A DNA stretch of 64,000 bases from Candidatus Bathyarchaeota archaeon (lineage in GTDB: Archaea > Thermoproteota > Bathyarchaeia > Bathyarchaeales > Bathycorpusculaceae). The DNA lies in assembly GCA_963702095.1 (NCBI GenBank), contig OY969706.1, positions 640,001-704,000 on the forward strand. The letters run 5' to 3'. Of this stretch, positions 9,942-19,302 are shown in pieces. The notes under the pieces were generated by a model. It was not told the origin of the DNA. It did no database searches and worked only from the letters and a program-made list of their open reading frames with translations. A program made the position numbers and the translations under genes. Position 1 is the first letter of the stretch. Each line of letters begins with the position of its first letter.

Positions 9942-10155
9942 CGATGCTCAACTCTCGGAGCAATTCTTTGTAGCTAAGCACTCTATTTTCTTCAACATTT
10001 TTTTGGCTGGCTTGAATGCTCTTCATCAGTTTCTCATCACTTAAAATTTCCAGTGTCTCCTTGAGTTCCTCAACAACTATGCGTAGTTTAGGTAGTTCTT
10101 CCGCTATGACTTTGAGATTCCTTTTGTCTTCGTCTGTAAAAACCGCTTCAACCAT
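9925..10155 (-). CDS. Putative antitoxin of the RelE-type pair
   Basis: 76 aa, acidic, with ETLEILSDEKLMKSI motif; lies upstream of and overlaps relE. Confidence 0.7.
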   Translation of the reverse strand: MVEAVFTDEDKRNLKVIAEELPKLRIVVEELKETLEILSDEKLMKSIQASQKNVEENRVLSYKELLRELSIDEKEL

Positions 10156-10229
10156 CCTGACATCACCAGTTGCATCCCACTATTCTATTGTCTTTGGTAT
10201 TAAAAATTTCTCTAATAAACAAGGTTTTG

Positions 10230-10247
10230 TGGTGCTACGGGCAGGAT
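10230..10247. repeat. att direct repeat, left boundary of the integrated element
   Basis: TGGTGCTACGGGCAGGAT is identical to 24600-24617 (the last 18 nt of tRNA-Leu including CCA). Confidence 0.92.
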
Positions 10248-10438
10248 GCCCGACACCAGAAGCATTTTCGTACTGCCTCCTCCCCCTCTTTTTCTACGCA
10301 AACGGTTTCTTCACTTTCAAATTCTCTCTCGAAACAAGTATTCTACTGTATGGACTGCCTCTTTTGGTGTGGGCGCTGTATCGAGCCAATCCTAAAAGGG
10401 ACTAGAGCAGTCATTAATCGTATCGCTATTTCTGAAGC

Positions 10439-11437
10439 ATGTGGGCGGTTCTTGAAAGCGAAGAGAGATTGATTTTTTTGGGCCCCACGTCTGGAGATAG
10501 AAGTCAAAATATTTCGCGTTTAAAGTCAAAAGTCAAATTTGACTTCAATACCGTCCGCTCCCGCGTCATACCCATACTCAAAGGCATCGAAGTCAAAATG
10601 TACCCTGCCAAGATAGGACGAGTACGCGGATGGAAGCGCCAGCATGTAGCTTACTATGTTAAGAAGCTTGAAAAGGCAGGTCTAATCCGTCGCTTGAAAC
10701 GCAGTAACATCATTGATTACGAGTTAACTGAGCGAGGTCAAAATTTTCTCATATCCTGTGAGGGAGTCCTCTTTAGCAGCGGGGTGTTTCGGTTGCATCG
10801 ATGTTTCTTCAAGTATCCGGTGTTGCGTGAAGGAGTTTATCCATCGGGGGATTTTAAGCGGATTGAGATGCAGAATTGGACCGCTCTTTTGGGTTTAGAG
10901 CAAGGCGTCAAGGTGAGGCATACGACGACGTCTTGGATTGTTCATGTTGAGACTTTCTATGGTCGCAGTCCCGGAGAGCTGGTGACTTTAGCTAAGAATT
11001 TGGCTGACCGTGTCGCTCAGGGTTTAATGAGTAAGTATGGTTGTGTTTTGGGGCAGGGAACAATTAACAATCGTCATGAGTTAGGCATCGATGACCCAGT
11101 AGCCAATCTGTTAAACCGGTATTTTGAGGTGAGCACGCCTAAGCGGTTGATTGATGATAGCCCAGGAGAAGACGAGGGAGAACTGGATCATCTGGGTCGT
11201 GATGCTGCAGTCGAGTATTTGCTGATGCCTGAGCGGGTTAAGAAACTGGAAGGACAAGTAGAAACTGCGCTTGGCGATTTAGAGCGGATTTCAGGCAGTC
11301 TTGCAAAACTGGAGAAGATGGGTTGCGACTTGGCTAAGGTCGCGGACGCTTTAGGGCGACTTGTAGGCAATTTAGAGGGAGCTACCCAAGAGGCACCTCA
11401 AACTGGTGGAGAGGGAGGAAAAAGCTATGTGTCTTAG
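10439..11437 (+). CDS. wHTH (MarR-like) protein with an uncharacterised C-terminal domain and coiled coil; possible replication or regulatory protein
   Basis: YPAKIGR...KRQHVAYYVKKLEKAGLIRR...YELTERG wHTH; acidic IDDSPGEDEGELD motif. True start uncertain. Confidence 0.7.
   Translation: MWAVLESEERLIFLGPTSGDRSQNISRLKSKVKFDFNTVRSRVIPILKGIEVKMYPAKIGRVRGWKRQHVAYYVKKLEKAGLIRRLKRSNIIDYELTERGQNFLISCEGVLFSSGVFRLHRCFFKYPVLREGVYPSGDFKRIEMQNWTALLGLEQGVKVRHTTTSWIVHVETFYGRSPGELVTLAKNLADRVAQGLMSKYGCVLGQGTINNRHELGIDDPVANLLNRYFEVSTPKRLIDDSPGEDEGELDHLGRDAAVEYLLMPERVKKLEGQVETALGDLERISGSLAKLEKMGCDLAKVADALGRLVGNLEGATQEAPQTGGEGGKSYVS
10501..10545. promoter_or_regulatory. AAGTCAAA iterons ending in a perfect 16-bp palindrome
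   Basis: AAGTCAAA at 10501, 10523 and 10530; AAGTCAAATTTGACTT at 10530-10545. Confidence 0.45.
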
Positions 11438-11588
11438 CGTTAGTTTCAGTTTTTTGGCTGTTGAAACCTGTTCAAAAGCCATTTTAGTACATAGGCGAGG
11501 GTATGGGAAAAGTCCATGCTTTTTGGAAGTTGCTTTTCTACGGTTGCTTGGTGTATAGATGCCAGACTGTTAAAACTTGCCTGTCTGA

Positions 11589-12146
11589 ATGGAGCGAAAA
11601 CCTTGGAGTGTGCATTTTGACATGGAAGCAAGCGATGAACCTGTTCAAAACACGGCATTTTCAACCCAAAAAGCAGAGAAAAAGAAGCGCAGCCAAGACG
11701 ACAAGGTCGGGAAACTCAAATACCTACTTGCCAAGGACAAGAAACTCGACCGCGACGTCGCTGAGATAAAGCTGTTGCTCAGAGTTATCTTTGCTGGCTT
11801 GAAGGATACTTTGCATTTTGAGAAATCGCTTATCGAAGAAGCGGCCTGCTGCGATGAGGTCGACAAGGCAATTCTTCAGTTGCTGTTTGAAGCAGGCGCT
11901 TCTGGGCTGTTGCCTAAAGACATAGCCGCCAAATTGGTTGAGTTCAACATTACCCGACATCAAGTGACTCGACGGATTGTACGCATGAATAAGCGGCTGG
12001 CTAAAGAGTTGGATTCAGTGGTTGTTGAGCGGCGGGGTTGGTGCTGGGCTATGACAAACTTTGGCGTAGACGCTTACAACGCTTCAGAGAAAGACGTGCT
12101 AGCCGAAGGCGTAAACATACATAGTGCTTCTGAAGAGGAGACATAG
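11589..12146 (+). CDS. Hypothetical wHTH-like DNA-binding protein
   Basis: DKAILQLL...GLLPKDIAAKL...ITRHQVTRRIVRMN helix-turn-helix-like pattern. Confidence 0.6.
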   Translation: MERKPWSVHFDMEASDEPVQNTAFSTQKAEKKKRSQDDKVGKLKYLLAKDKKLDRDVAEIKLLLRVIFAGLKDTLHFEKSLIEEAACCDEVDKAILQLLFEAGASGLLPKDIAAKLVEFNITRHQVTRRIVRMNKRLAKELDSVVVERRGWCWAMTNFGVDAYNASEKDVLAEGVNIHSASEEET

Positions 12147-12149
12147 CTT

Positions 12150-12365
12150 ATGGCGTTGACTGAGCGTGAGAAAGCGATTTTGCGTTTGAAGGCAGAGGGG
12201 GTATCCGATTATAAAATTGCTAAGAAATTAAAGATAGAATCACCTAATGTATCTCGTTCTCGAAAGAAAGCTCTTAAAAAAATTAAGCGGGCTAAAGCTG
12301 ACTTAGAATTTATAGACACTCTAAAAACCAAATGTCCAACTGTTCTTCGGGATTATAATTTATAA
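12150..12365 (+). CDS. LuxR/sigma70-region-4-like HTH protein
   Basis: LTEREKAILRLKAEGVSDYKIAKKLKI...VSRSRKKALKK; GAGGAG upstream. Confidence 0.8.
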   Translation: MALTEREKAILRLKAEGVSDYKIAKKLKIESPNVSRSRKKALKKIKRAKADLEFIDTLKTKCPTVLRDYNL

Positions 12366-12507
12366 GGAACTCGTGCATTTTGTCGGATTATTCTTGGGTT
12401 CATAATTAGTTGTTTATTTTGTCATTTGATTGCTCGTTCCTATTGTGGTATTGTGTGAAAATGAGGATTCCTCCAAGAATTTTAGCAGTTGTTTATCTCA
12501 TATGGTT

Positions 12508-12717
12508 TCAAGCATTTGCTTCCTTCTGTTGTATTAAGCCTCGTTTTAAAGCCAGAAAAACAAAAAACTGAGATAATGCTGCCACAGAAGCCGCTTCTAT
12601 CGCATTTAGTGTATTAATTCCAGTTATTGCACCACCGCCTAATGCGCTAAAAAAAGTTACACCGCTAATTATGATAGCGTCTATCAATGCATTCTCCCAA
12701 TCAAACTTTTTTTCCAT
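12508..12717 (-). CDS. Small two-TM membrane protein (holin-like size and topology)
   Basis: MEKKFDWENALIDAIIISGVTFFSALGGG...SQFFVFLALKRG; could start further upstream at 12819. Confidence 0.55.
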   Translation of the reverse strand: MEKKFDWENALIDAIIISGVTFFSALGGGAITGINTLNAIEAASVAALSQFFVFLALKRGLIQQKEANA

Positions 12718-13101
12718 CTCATTTATTTTGTTCGTGCAATAAATTATGAAGCCCTTTATTGTCAACGTTGCAGTTATTTTCTTTTTTGTCACTTCACCAT
12801 TTAGAGTGCATTTGGTCATGTGTTTCCCCCAATTAAACTACGGTATCTAGGTTAATGAGGAAACGGTATATTTGCCAAACCACTTCGAGAAGTAATTTTT
12901 CAGAGGCTATTTACGAAAACCACCGTTTGATTGATTTCTATTCAGCAAATTCCTAAAGTGGAAAAATGGCTAGTCATACAAACGGCAAATTGAACTGCCA
13001 ACGATAAGGCGATTATGGTCAGAGAGTAAATCGGTAAAAATTTAGATTCATAATACCTGGCAAAAACTCCAATCAAGCGCTACTCCCGTAAAATTCAAGA
13101 A

Positions 13102-13302
13102 ATGATTAATTATTTTTCCGCCAAAACTGGAGGTGAAACAATCAAGCCCAGAGAACTCATCTGCCCAGGATGTGGAACCCCTATTGCTCAAAGTAACTGT
13201 GAGAGCTGTAGAAAGAAGCGCATTCGTAGCTATAAATGCCTAAAATGTGGCTCCGAGGTCCCTAACCCAGAATATGGAACGATGAGGGCAAATAATTTTT
13301 AA
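13102..13302 (+). CDS. Small Cys-rich zinc-binding protein
   Basis: CPGC, CESC and CLKC pairs. GGAGGTGA at about 13130 suggests the real start is near 13141. Confidence 0.6.
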   Translation: MINYFSAKTGGETIKPRELICPGCGTPIAQSNCESCRKKRIRSYKCLKCGSEVPNPEYGTMRANNF

Positions 13303-13344
13303 GGTAAAATCTCCTTTTTTCTCAGTATCATATTTTTTAAGGTG

Positions 13345-14700
13345 TCAGCGTTTACGCCGCTTTCCTAAAATTATGCCTGTCAATACAAAAAGTAGTGCTA
13401 TGATGATCGTGGTGATGACAACAAAGCTGTCAATATGAAAGTTATCGGTAGCAGTCTTTGGATCTGTAGATCCTAAATTTATTGCATAAATGTTAATCTT
13501 GCTAATTAGCGGATAATGGTCAATGTTGTTTTCATTTATAGTGTAAGATGCGCTGCCTATTCCAGAGGTACTTGCTACTTGCGATTGTGGAGTGTAATCG
13601 CTCCAATAGTTACCAAAATAGCCATTATCCCAAGAAACAACATTGGTGCCGTTCCCAATTACTTGACCGTTGTAACTCTGGTTAACCATAAGCAGCAAAT
13701 TTGGGGGATATGCACTCTCTACAACTGCGTTTGCTGTATTATTGATTAAATTGTTATTGAATACACTATTTCCATTTCCGACCTCAGGCGCAAAGGGCCA
13801 TAGAAGGAAATTGCTTACTTTTACTCCAACACCATTATCCGTAATATTATTAGAGTATACATTGGAATCTCGGCAAAAATCGTTAAAGTTAATACCAAAA
13901 TCTCTATTTTTCTGGATTCGGTTTTCGAAAATCTTGAGATCACTAGCATTCGGTCCAATTAGTAGGCCGCCAAACTCACCTGCGTTTGTGCTAAATCCAT
14001 TGTTTGAAATCATATTCGCCTGAAGAATAATATCGTGGCAGCTTGAAAATTGAACACCAATATCACAATCTGTAATGGTATTACCTATAATTGAAGTATC
14101 AGACGAGCTAACAATTATTCCAAAAGAAGCTTGTCTAATCAAGTTACGTGCAATCGTATTGTTTGTTCCTTCATTAGTAGAAATGCCGGCTGACTTATTG
14201 GCTATAATAATATTATCCGTTATTTCTACTCCTGATGGGTTTACACCGTTATATTCACCATAATCCCAAAGCCCTATCTCCGTTCCAGCGTAACCCGTAA
14301 CTGTGAAGCCTGAGATAGTGACGTTATCGGAGACAACCCCAATTACCGCTTGGGCATCCCTGGCGTCTGCTCCGTGAATAATGGTGTTTTTGTTGTTTTC
14401 ACCGATCAGAGAGATAGGCTTGTTTATCAGAATAGCCACATCGCCTCCTGTTATGTAATCGACATTGTAAGTGCCAGAACGTACAAAGATCATATCGCAT
14501 GGTTTAGCGCTATCTATGGCGGATTGTATAGTTTTATACTGGTCAGGAACAATTAAAGCCCCGTCCGAAGGGCTGAACTCTCCATCTTCAGGGTTTGCAA
14601 AACATAATTTAACCTGTAAAAACAAAGATGACCCCAACAGACCAATAACGGTTAATATTAGAATATATTTACGCTTGTTCAGGTTGCGCTCACTTGTCAT
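13345..14700 (-). CDS. Cell-surface right-handed beta-helix (NosD/pectin-lyase-like) protein
   Basis: N-terminal signal peptide, VPDQYKTIQSAID..GTY, repeated I.GN.I..N units, GNYWSDY...D.YPL, and a C-terminal TM helix followed by KRRKR. Confidence 0.85.
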   Translation of the reverse strand: MTSERNLNKRKYILILTVIGLLGSSLFLQVKLCFANPEDGEFSPSDGALIVPDQYKTIQSAIDSAKPCDMIFVRSGTYNVDYITGGDVAILINKPISLIGENNKNTIIHGADARDAQAVIGVVSDNVTISGFTVTGYAGTEIGLWDYGEYNGVNPSGVEITDNIIIANKSAGISTNEGTNNTIARNLIRQASFGIIVSSSDTSIIGNTITDCDIGVQFSSCHDIILQANMISNNGFSTNAGEFGGLLIGPNASDLKIFENRIQKNRDFGINFNDFCRDSNVYSNNITDNGVGVKVSNFLLWPFAPEVGNGNSVFNNNLINNTANAVVESAYPPNLLLMVNQSYNGQVIGNGTNVVSWDNGYFGNYWSDYTPQSQVASTSGIGSASYTINENNIDHYPLISKINIYAINLGSTDPKTATDNFHIDSFVVITTIIIALLFVLTGIILGKRRKR

Positions 14701-14867
14701 CTGTATGGTCTGGTAAAATAAAAAGTTTTACAAATTGGCAGGTCTGCAGGGAATTGTACGACTTACTGATTTTATATGTTAATATGGTCTCCCGCTTGTT
14801 AGACAAACATATCGTCCTGTTTTAACCTTGCCTAATAGTATTCACCTTCACCTAAAAGGTGTAAAAC

Positions 14868-14960
14868 ATGAAGAAATTCAATAATTTGAAAGAAACAAAT
14901 AGGCTCCAGCGAAGTTTAGACTTTAGACTTGGGGAGGACGTAACTTATGTGTCCATATGA
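14868..14960 (+). CDS. Possible 30-aa upstream peptide overlapping the start of the Cys-rich protein
   Basis: AAGGTG, then ATG at 14868; MKKFNNLKETNRLQRSLDFRLGEDVTYVSI*. Confidence 0.3.
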   Translation: MKKFNNLKETNRLQRSLDFRLGEDVTYVSI

Positions 14961-16509
14961 TCATGCTGATACTTCTACGCATATCGATCAAATTCCGAAT
15001 TATCCTCCAGCAAAAACTTGGGACACAAACTTCCAATGCGATCCTCACAACACTGATGCCCAATCTATGGGGAATGTTGGAGTAACTTATTGGCGAAACC
15101 CACAATCCCTAGGACATGGAGTTAACATTACTGTACCGAAAGGAACAGGTGGAAATCCTGGTAGTTGCACAATAAGCTTTACTTGCACACAACCAAGAGG
15201 ATACTCGAATAAAGACGCCTGCCTGCTGTATTATGCTCCCATCGCAATCTCACCCGGCGACACCAACGATATTCGACTTAGCTTTCAATTAAACCTAGGA
15301 GTACAAAAAGATCTATGCTATATCAATGGGGCTGTTGGTCAAGGGGCGCAGCAATGCTATGACCTTGTCAATAACAATTATGACTATAATGATACAGGAC
15401 TAAACTGCATCGTCATTTACAACTATAGCCAACAGTGTGATGTTAGACTCATAGACTTTCAAGTTGTTAGAACTTATACAATGCAGAGACTTGCAGATAA
15501 CCCATGCTCAGAAGTTCCTCAGACGCCCGCTACCGGAACTCTAGATCAGTACCGTATTGATTATCCCTGCAACATAAATCAATGTGGAGGAAGAAGCTAT
15601 ACATTCCATTTCGATGGTTACCATGAAGGCGAATACTTAGCAAGCGGAAATTACTTTGAATGGTCATTCAACTGGGCTAAAGATTGGACCACACCACTTG
15701 GCGATGATCACAACTATATTGCTAAAGAAATATGCATGTTTAACTTCAATCAAATTAAAGCTACCAATGGCTCTACGGATGTTCACTTAAGGGCGTACCT
15801 TAATGGCGTCTCGGTCGGTGACTATTATATAAGCAAGCAGTATAACAACTGTTCATTCCCGAGCATTGATTTAGCAGATTTTGACGCCTATAATGACACT
15901 GGTTCAAACACTGTCAGACTCACAAACTTAGGCGACCGCCAAATTCAGATGTGCGACGGAGCTGGCATAAATATCTATCGAATCTATAGGACTGAGTGCA
16001 TTTCAATGCATTTGATTTCTCCAACAGCAGGTATGGGCGGTTCAATAGTTGCAACGCCTCAAAACATTTACAGGCAATATATCCCAGTGGCTTCAGGCGA
16101 TAATCAACAATTCCAGATAACAGCGAACTCAAACTATTTGATTTCAGATGTTGTGATTAATAGTAGTCAGCATTTAGGGGCTCAAAGCAGCCCTTACACG
16201 TACACATTCAACAACGTCACTGGAGACGGTTCAATTTCGGCAGAATTCGCTGCAAATCAGCCAACCCATAACTTAACTATCAATGCATTCCTTGACCCAA
16301 TATCAGATTACGTCAATGTAGGTGTCAGCGTTAACGGCCAGTATGTAGGAACAACTCCTGTAACAGTTTCAGTGCCCGAAGGGACTTCAACAGTTTACGT
16401 AGACTTCAACTATGGTTACTGGTGTTTCATACTCTTCAACAACAGCTATGCAATGGGTGATCCTATACCTGTCTACTCAGACGTAACATTAACAGCCCGA
16501 TACGCATAA
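14947..16509 (+). CDS. Cys/Tyr/Asn-rich beta-domain protein: two internal repeats, an InlB-B-repeat-like domain and a PEGA-like domain; no signal peptide
   Basis: Repeats YINGAVG...YNDTGLN...VVRTY and YLNGVSVG...YNDTGSN...IYRIY; TAGMGGSI...FQITANSNYLISDVVIN...YTYTFNNVT; VNGQYVGTTPVTVSVPEG. Confidence 0.75.
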   Translation: MCPYDHADTSTHIDQIPNYPPAKTWDTNFQCDPHNTDAQSMGNVGVTYWRNPQSLGHGVNITVPKGTGGNPGSCTISFTCTQPRGYSNKDACLLYYAPIAISPGDTNDIRLSFQLNLGVQKDLCYINGAVGQGAQQCYDLVNNNYDYNDTGLNCIVIYNYSQQCDVRLIDFQVVRTYTMQRLADNPCSEVPQTPATGTLDQYRIDYPCNINQCGGRSYTFHFDGYHEGEYLASGNYFEWSFNWAKDWTTPLGDDHNYIAKEICMFNFNQIKATNGSTDVHLRAYLNGVSVGDYYISKQYNNCSFPSIDLADFDAYNDTGSNTVRLTNLGDRQIQMCDGAGINIYRIYRTECISMHLISPTAGMGGSIVATPQNIYRQYIPVASGDNQQFQITANSNYLISDVVINSSQHLGAQSSPYTYTFNNVTGDGSISAEFAANQPTHNLTINAFLDPISDYVNVGVSVNGQYVGTTPVTVSVPEGTSTVYVDFNYGYWCFILFNNSYAMGDPIPVYSDVTLTARYA

Positions 16510-16520
16510 TCAACAAAAAG

Positions 16521-16709
16521 GTGAATAATATGTCTGAAATAAGCGAATTAACACAGAAGTTGCAGCCAGCACAACAAATCAAAACAAAGTTAATCGTCAA
16601 CGAAATGATAGTTCAAGTGGATTCCGTCGTAAAAAAACTGATCTCGCAGAATGCGGCCCTAAGAAAGGAAAACGCTGATCTAAAGGCTCAACAAGCAACA
16701 ACGATATAA
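16521..16709 (+). CDS. Small coiled-coil protein
   Basis: KLISQNAALRKENADLKAQQ heptads; 11 nt after the previous stop. Confidence 0.65.
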   Translation: MNNMSEISELTQKLQPAQQIKTKLIVNEMIVQVDSVVKKLISQNAALRKENADLKAQQATTI

Positions 16710-16857
16710 ACGAAAAAACCTCTTTCTTTCCCTATTTTTTTACTTATATTAAATCAAACATTTACTCCAAATAGCAAATAGTGTTTCGGAAACCTATCGT
16801 TTGGCTTAATGCCCCAAACAAGCGTCTTTAGAACATGGAGGAATAAAAATAACTACA

Positions 16858-18090
16858 TTGATTCTACCAAGTATCGCGTGCAACCTAAGATGTAGCTATT
16901 GTTTCGGTCATAATCATTATTGGAACACCGCACAAAAATATGATCTTCAATCCATCTTAGATTCCATGGAACAGCTAAAACAACAATCAAGTGATGAAAC
17001 TTTTTCATTGCATGGCGGTGAATGCACTTTGGTACCTCGAGAAGACTTTGAAGTTTTACTTAGGAAAATGGTTGATCTTCAGGGATATTCCTCTTTGCAA
17101 ACGAATTGTTATCAGTTGGATGAGGACTTAATTAGGATGTTTATAAAGTACCGCACTTCAGTGGGTATAAGCATCGATGGAAATGGACCTTTAAATTCAT
17201 TGAGAGGCTTCCCTCGAAATCGAAAAGTAAACAGAAATTACACTAATCAAGTGATTAATAACATAAGCAGGCTTCGTCAGGCAGGCATATCAGTAGGTAT
17301 ACTTACAATATTGAGTAAAGTCAATGCTGGTTCTAATTGCAAACTCATGGCGCTTCTTCGTTTTATTCTTATGTTGAGAAACCACGGCGTCAAAGATGGC
17401 CGGCTAAATTTTATGTGGAGCAACCTGCCCGACGTAAGAAAGATTGAATTAACACCCGAAGAGGCGTCACAAGCTTGGATATACCTTTACCAACATATGA
17501 AAGAATACGATGATCTTCACTGGCAACCTTTCAGAGAGTTTAGCGACAGCTTGCTTGGATTTGGGAATTCAAGTTGTTCCTATGGACAATGTGACTATTT
17601 TTGCACTCAAACCAAACTTATCTTGCCTGATGGTATAGTCGCTAACTGTGATCGAACGCACCAAGAGGACTCTTTCTATACAAGGGCACAACTGTCCTAT
17701 GAAAGATATGACATTCTAAAACAGACCGACTGTTACCATTGCAGATTTTGGGATGTTTGCTATGGAGGATGCCCTGCTGAAGGAGCAGAAGGGGATTGGC
17801 GGAATAAAACAAGATGGTGTAAGCCCATTTATGATTTATACTTACAAATTGAAAATCAACTGAAAAGCACTTTTCCCAATGTTAAACTCATGTCTCATTA
17901 TGCTGGTTCAGAAGATTATTTCCACACCTTCAGCCAAGGGATAAAAAACGATCCTTTTAGGTGTATGTCATGGAAAACCGCTAAAAACCCGTCTTCTTGG
18001 AAGGCGGTTCAGTTATATGACCAACAAGAAAGACAAAACCAAACAAGTATAGTCCCTTTACCAAGCGATCATAATAAAATAACCAATTAA
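16858..18090 (+). CDS. Radical SAM/SPASM-domain enzyme (anSME/peptide-maturase type)
   Basis: CNLRCSYC, HGGE, QTN and SIDG motifs; SPASM CYHCRFWDVCYGGCP...WC plus CSYGQCDYFC. Confidence 0.92.
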   Translation: MILPSIACNLRCSYCFGHNHYWNTAQKYDLQSILDSMEQLKQQSSDETFSLHGGECTLVPREDFEVLLRKMVDLQGYSSLQTNCYQLDEDLIRMFIKYRTSVGISIDGNGPLNSLRGFPRNRKVNRNYTNQVINNISRLRQAGISVGILTILSKVNAGSNCKLMALLRFILMLRNHGVKDGRLNFMWSNLPDVRKIELTPEEASQAWIYLYQHMKEYDDLHWQPFREFSDSLLGFGNSSCSYGQCDYFCTQTKLILPDGIVANCDRTHQEDSFYTRAQLSYERYDILKQTDCYHCRFWDVCYGGCPAEGAEGDWRNKTRWCKPIYDLYLQIENQLKSTFPNVKLMSHYAGSEDYFHTFSQGIKNDPFRCMSWKTAKNPSSWKAVQLYDQQERQNQTSIVPLPSDHNKITN

Positions 18091-18103
18091 AAGAGGAATC
18101 AAT

Positions 18104-18904
18104 GTGAAAGAAATCAACCCCTTCATAAAAATTTCTTGGAGCTCAGAGGAAACTAGAAGAAAATGGGCTTCGTATTTGCCTTCTATTGCTAAAATAACCG
18201 CTAATTCAGAATACGCGCTGGTGAAAAAGGGAATAAGAGCCGCTAACATATTTTGTATGCATCCACAAAGTTTTGACAGAGAAATCGAAAAGATAACAAT
18301 GGATGGCCTTGTCTTTCTGCCCATGCTTAGAAGTAAGTCATACGTAGGATTCAGTCATAAGCACAATCCTGTTAAGGCGATAGATTCCAACGCTCTAATA
18401 TACGGTGTCATTGCAAGAAAGCTTGAAACAGCACAAAATTTCGTAAATCTTTCAAATGAAAATAACCATATAGCAATTGGTCAACTGCTAGGTTATCCTA
18501 ATTGCTGCTCAGAAGCCTTTCAGCAATACTGGGGAAATAGAGAAATATTCGACCCATGCTACGAAATAGCTCAATGCACTCCTGGCGCTATTACTAGCGG
18601 CACATGTGTGCACGTGGGTGTCAATCCGTTAATTAATCCGCTTTTAAGGTATTTTGGAATTAAGGTTATTCCATTCTTTCCATGCAGCTATGAATGCCCT
18701 CAGGCTGTAAAGATCGCTGAAGTTTGGTTTAATGAGCTGAAATCCCTTGATGTCGAAATTGCCAGTGTAATAAAAAAATTCATGGAACAATCGATGACTT
18801 GGAGTCTGAACAAAGGGATTATTTTCGTAAAAAATCCTATTTTCAGAGGTGTGGTAAATGGTTATGAGTGTAAAATTAAAAAGGAAATCTTTGCAAACTG
18901 TTAG
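18104..18904 (+). CDS. DUF483-like Cys-motif protein
   Basis: IGQLLGYPNCCSEAF and FFPCSYECPQA motifs; 13 nt after the radical SAM stop. Confidence 0.7.
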   Translation: MKEINPFIKISWSSEETRRKWASYLPSIAKITANSEYALVKKGIRAANIFCMHPQSFDREIEKITMDGLVFLPMLRSKSYVGFSHKHNPVKAIDSNALIYGVIARKLETAQNFVNLSNENNHIAIGQLLGYPNCCSEAFQQYWGNREIFDPCYEIAQCTPGAITSGTCVHVGVNPLINPLLRYFGIKVIPFFPCSYECPQAVKIAEVWFNELKSLDVEIASVIKKFMEQSMTWSLNKGIIFVKNPIFRGVVNGYECKIKKEIFANC

Positions 18905-19080
18905 AATTTCCCAAAAAAACAAAAGCAGTTATGCGTCTGGCTATCAAAAAATAACCCTGATAATCTCCCAAAGCTATTTCTCGTAAGTATGCTGAAAGAT
19001 TGTATGAACTTGATCCAATTTGACAATTTAATAACAAAAAAGCCGTTTTAATTGGGGAGTTAGTTATATGGGGGGTCAAA

Positions 19081-19302
19081 TTGGTAAAGTTCCAAGAGTT
19101 CTGGATTAAGAAATCCTATAAGAAATGGAAACAGAAATACCGTTATCGCGGGGTTCTGATTAAAATCCCTAAAAAATTTCACAAGACGATTGAGCCCTTC
19201 ATAGGATTAGATCTAGAAATTGTTGAGATTACAACAGCTAATCACAACCTTAACGATGTGTCAATCAGAATAGTTTTAGTTAGAAAGGCGCTTAATGCAT
19301 AG
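19081..19302 (+). CDS. Small basic protein, AbrB/SpoVT-like DNA-binding candidate
   Basis: Lys-rich; VLIKIPKKF...F.G.DLEI pattern. Confidence 0.45.
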   Translation: MVKFQEFWIKKSYKKWKQKYRYRGVLIKIPKKFHKTIEPFIGLDLEIVEITTANHNLNDVSIRIVLVRKALNA

